9,463 bases of DNA from a virus (taxonomy: Duplodnaviria; Heunggongvirae; Uroviricota; Caudoviricetes). The number at the start of each line of letters is the position of its first letter. Position 1 is the stretch's first letter. The notes under the pieces are model-generated. The model was not told where the DNA came from. It made no database searches and saw only the letters and a program-made list of their open reading frames with translations. The translations under genes and the position numbers were made by a program. Shown one piece after another: positions 9,275 through 9,463 of this stretch. Where the stretch lies: IMG/VR virus record IMGVR_UViG_2681813268_000008; one strand, written 5' to 3'.

Positions 9275-9463
9275 ATTTGGCCACCTGAACAGAGGTGATA
9301 TGCTCACCTCAGAACAACACAGGTGCTCCAATGAAAAAAAGAAATTTCAGCGCAGAGTTTAAACGCGAATCCGCTCAACTGGTTGTTGACCAGAACTACA
9401 CGGTGGCAGATGCCGCCAAAGCTATGGATGTTGGCCTTTCCACAATGACAAGATGGGTCAAAC
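9259..9463 (+). mobile_element. IS3-family insertion sequence, IS911-like, left end. Partial; it continues beyond the window.
   Basis: Terminal sequence begins 'TGAAGTGGCACACTGAATTTGGCC...' (a TG... end typical of the IS3 family), followed 72 bp later by an ORF beginning [44 protein letters not shown], which I recognise as IS911 OrfA. Confidence 0.75.
9331..9463 (+). CDS. insN: IS3-family (IS911-like) transposase OrfA, N-terminal helix-turn-helix part. Partial; the 3' end is off-window.
   Basis: ATG at 9331; translation [44 protein letters not shown]... is characteristic of IS911/IS3-group OrfA. There is no stop before the window end, so it is absent from the provided ORF track. Confidence 0.75.
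   Translation, partial: MKKRNFSAEFKRESAQLVVDQNYTVADAAKAMDVGLSTMTRWVK

Noticed and set aside
1-9463. CRISPR array, tRNA or other structured RNA genes
   Set aside because: No short regularly spaced direct repeats and no tRNA-like cloverleaf candidates in the short intergenic regions (6525-6591, 7192-7342, 9275-9330); these are accounted for by terminator hairpins, RBSs and the IS end.

Overview
This window is the distal tail region of a lambdoid (lambda-like) prophage from an enterobacterial host, read on the + strand: a heavily rearranged host-specificity/tail-tip gene J (1-6524), the outer-membrane protein gene lom (6592-7191), the side tail fiber gene stf (7343-9274), and the left end of an IS3-family (IS911-like) insertion sequence (about 9259 to the window end). 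J is not one intact gene. It is a four-part mosaic: a + fragment (1-1541), an ~850-bp inverted J segment (1542-2390) that forms a near-palindrome with the following + copy around a single-base centre at 2391, a second + fragment (2392-4528), and an out-of-frame C-terminal fragment (4530-6524) joined in a 1709-bp tandem repeat relationship. Segments differ by about 3-6% in places and are 100% identical in others, so at least three J alleles have contributed. I cannot tell from sequence alone whether this is genuine inter-prophage recombination or an assembly chimera across multi-copy prophage J genes. stf appears truncated by the IS, whose terminal bases supply its last codons and stop, and no tfa gene follows. 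I found no CRISPR array, tRNA, or defence or toxin system. All similarity statements are from reading the translations and by-eye alignment, not from database searches.
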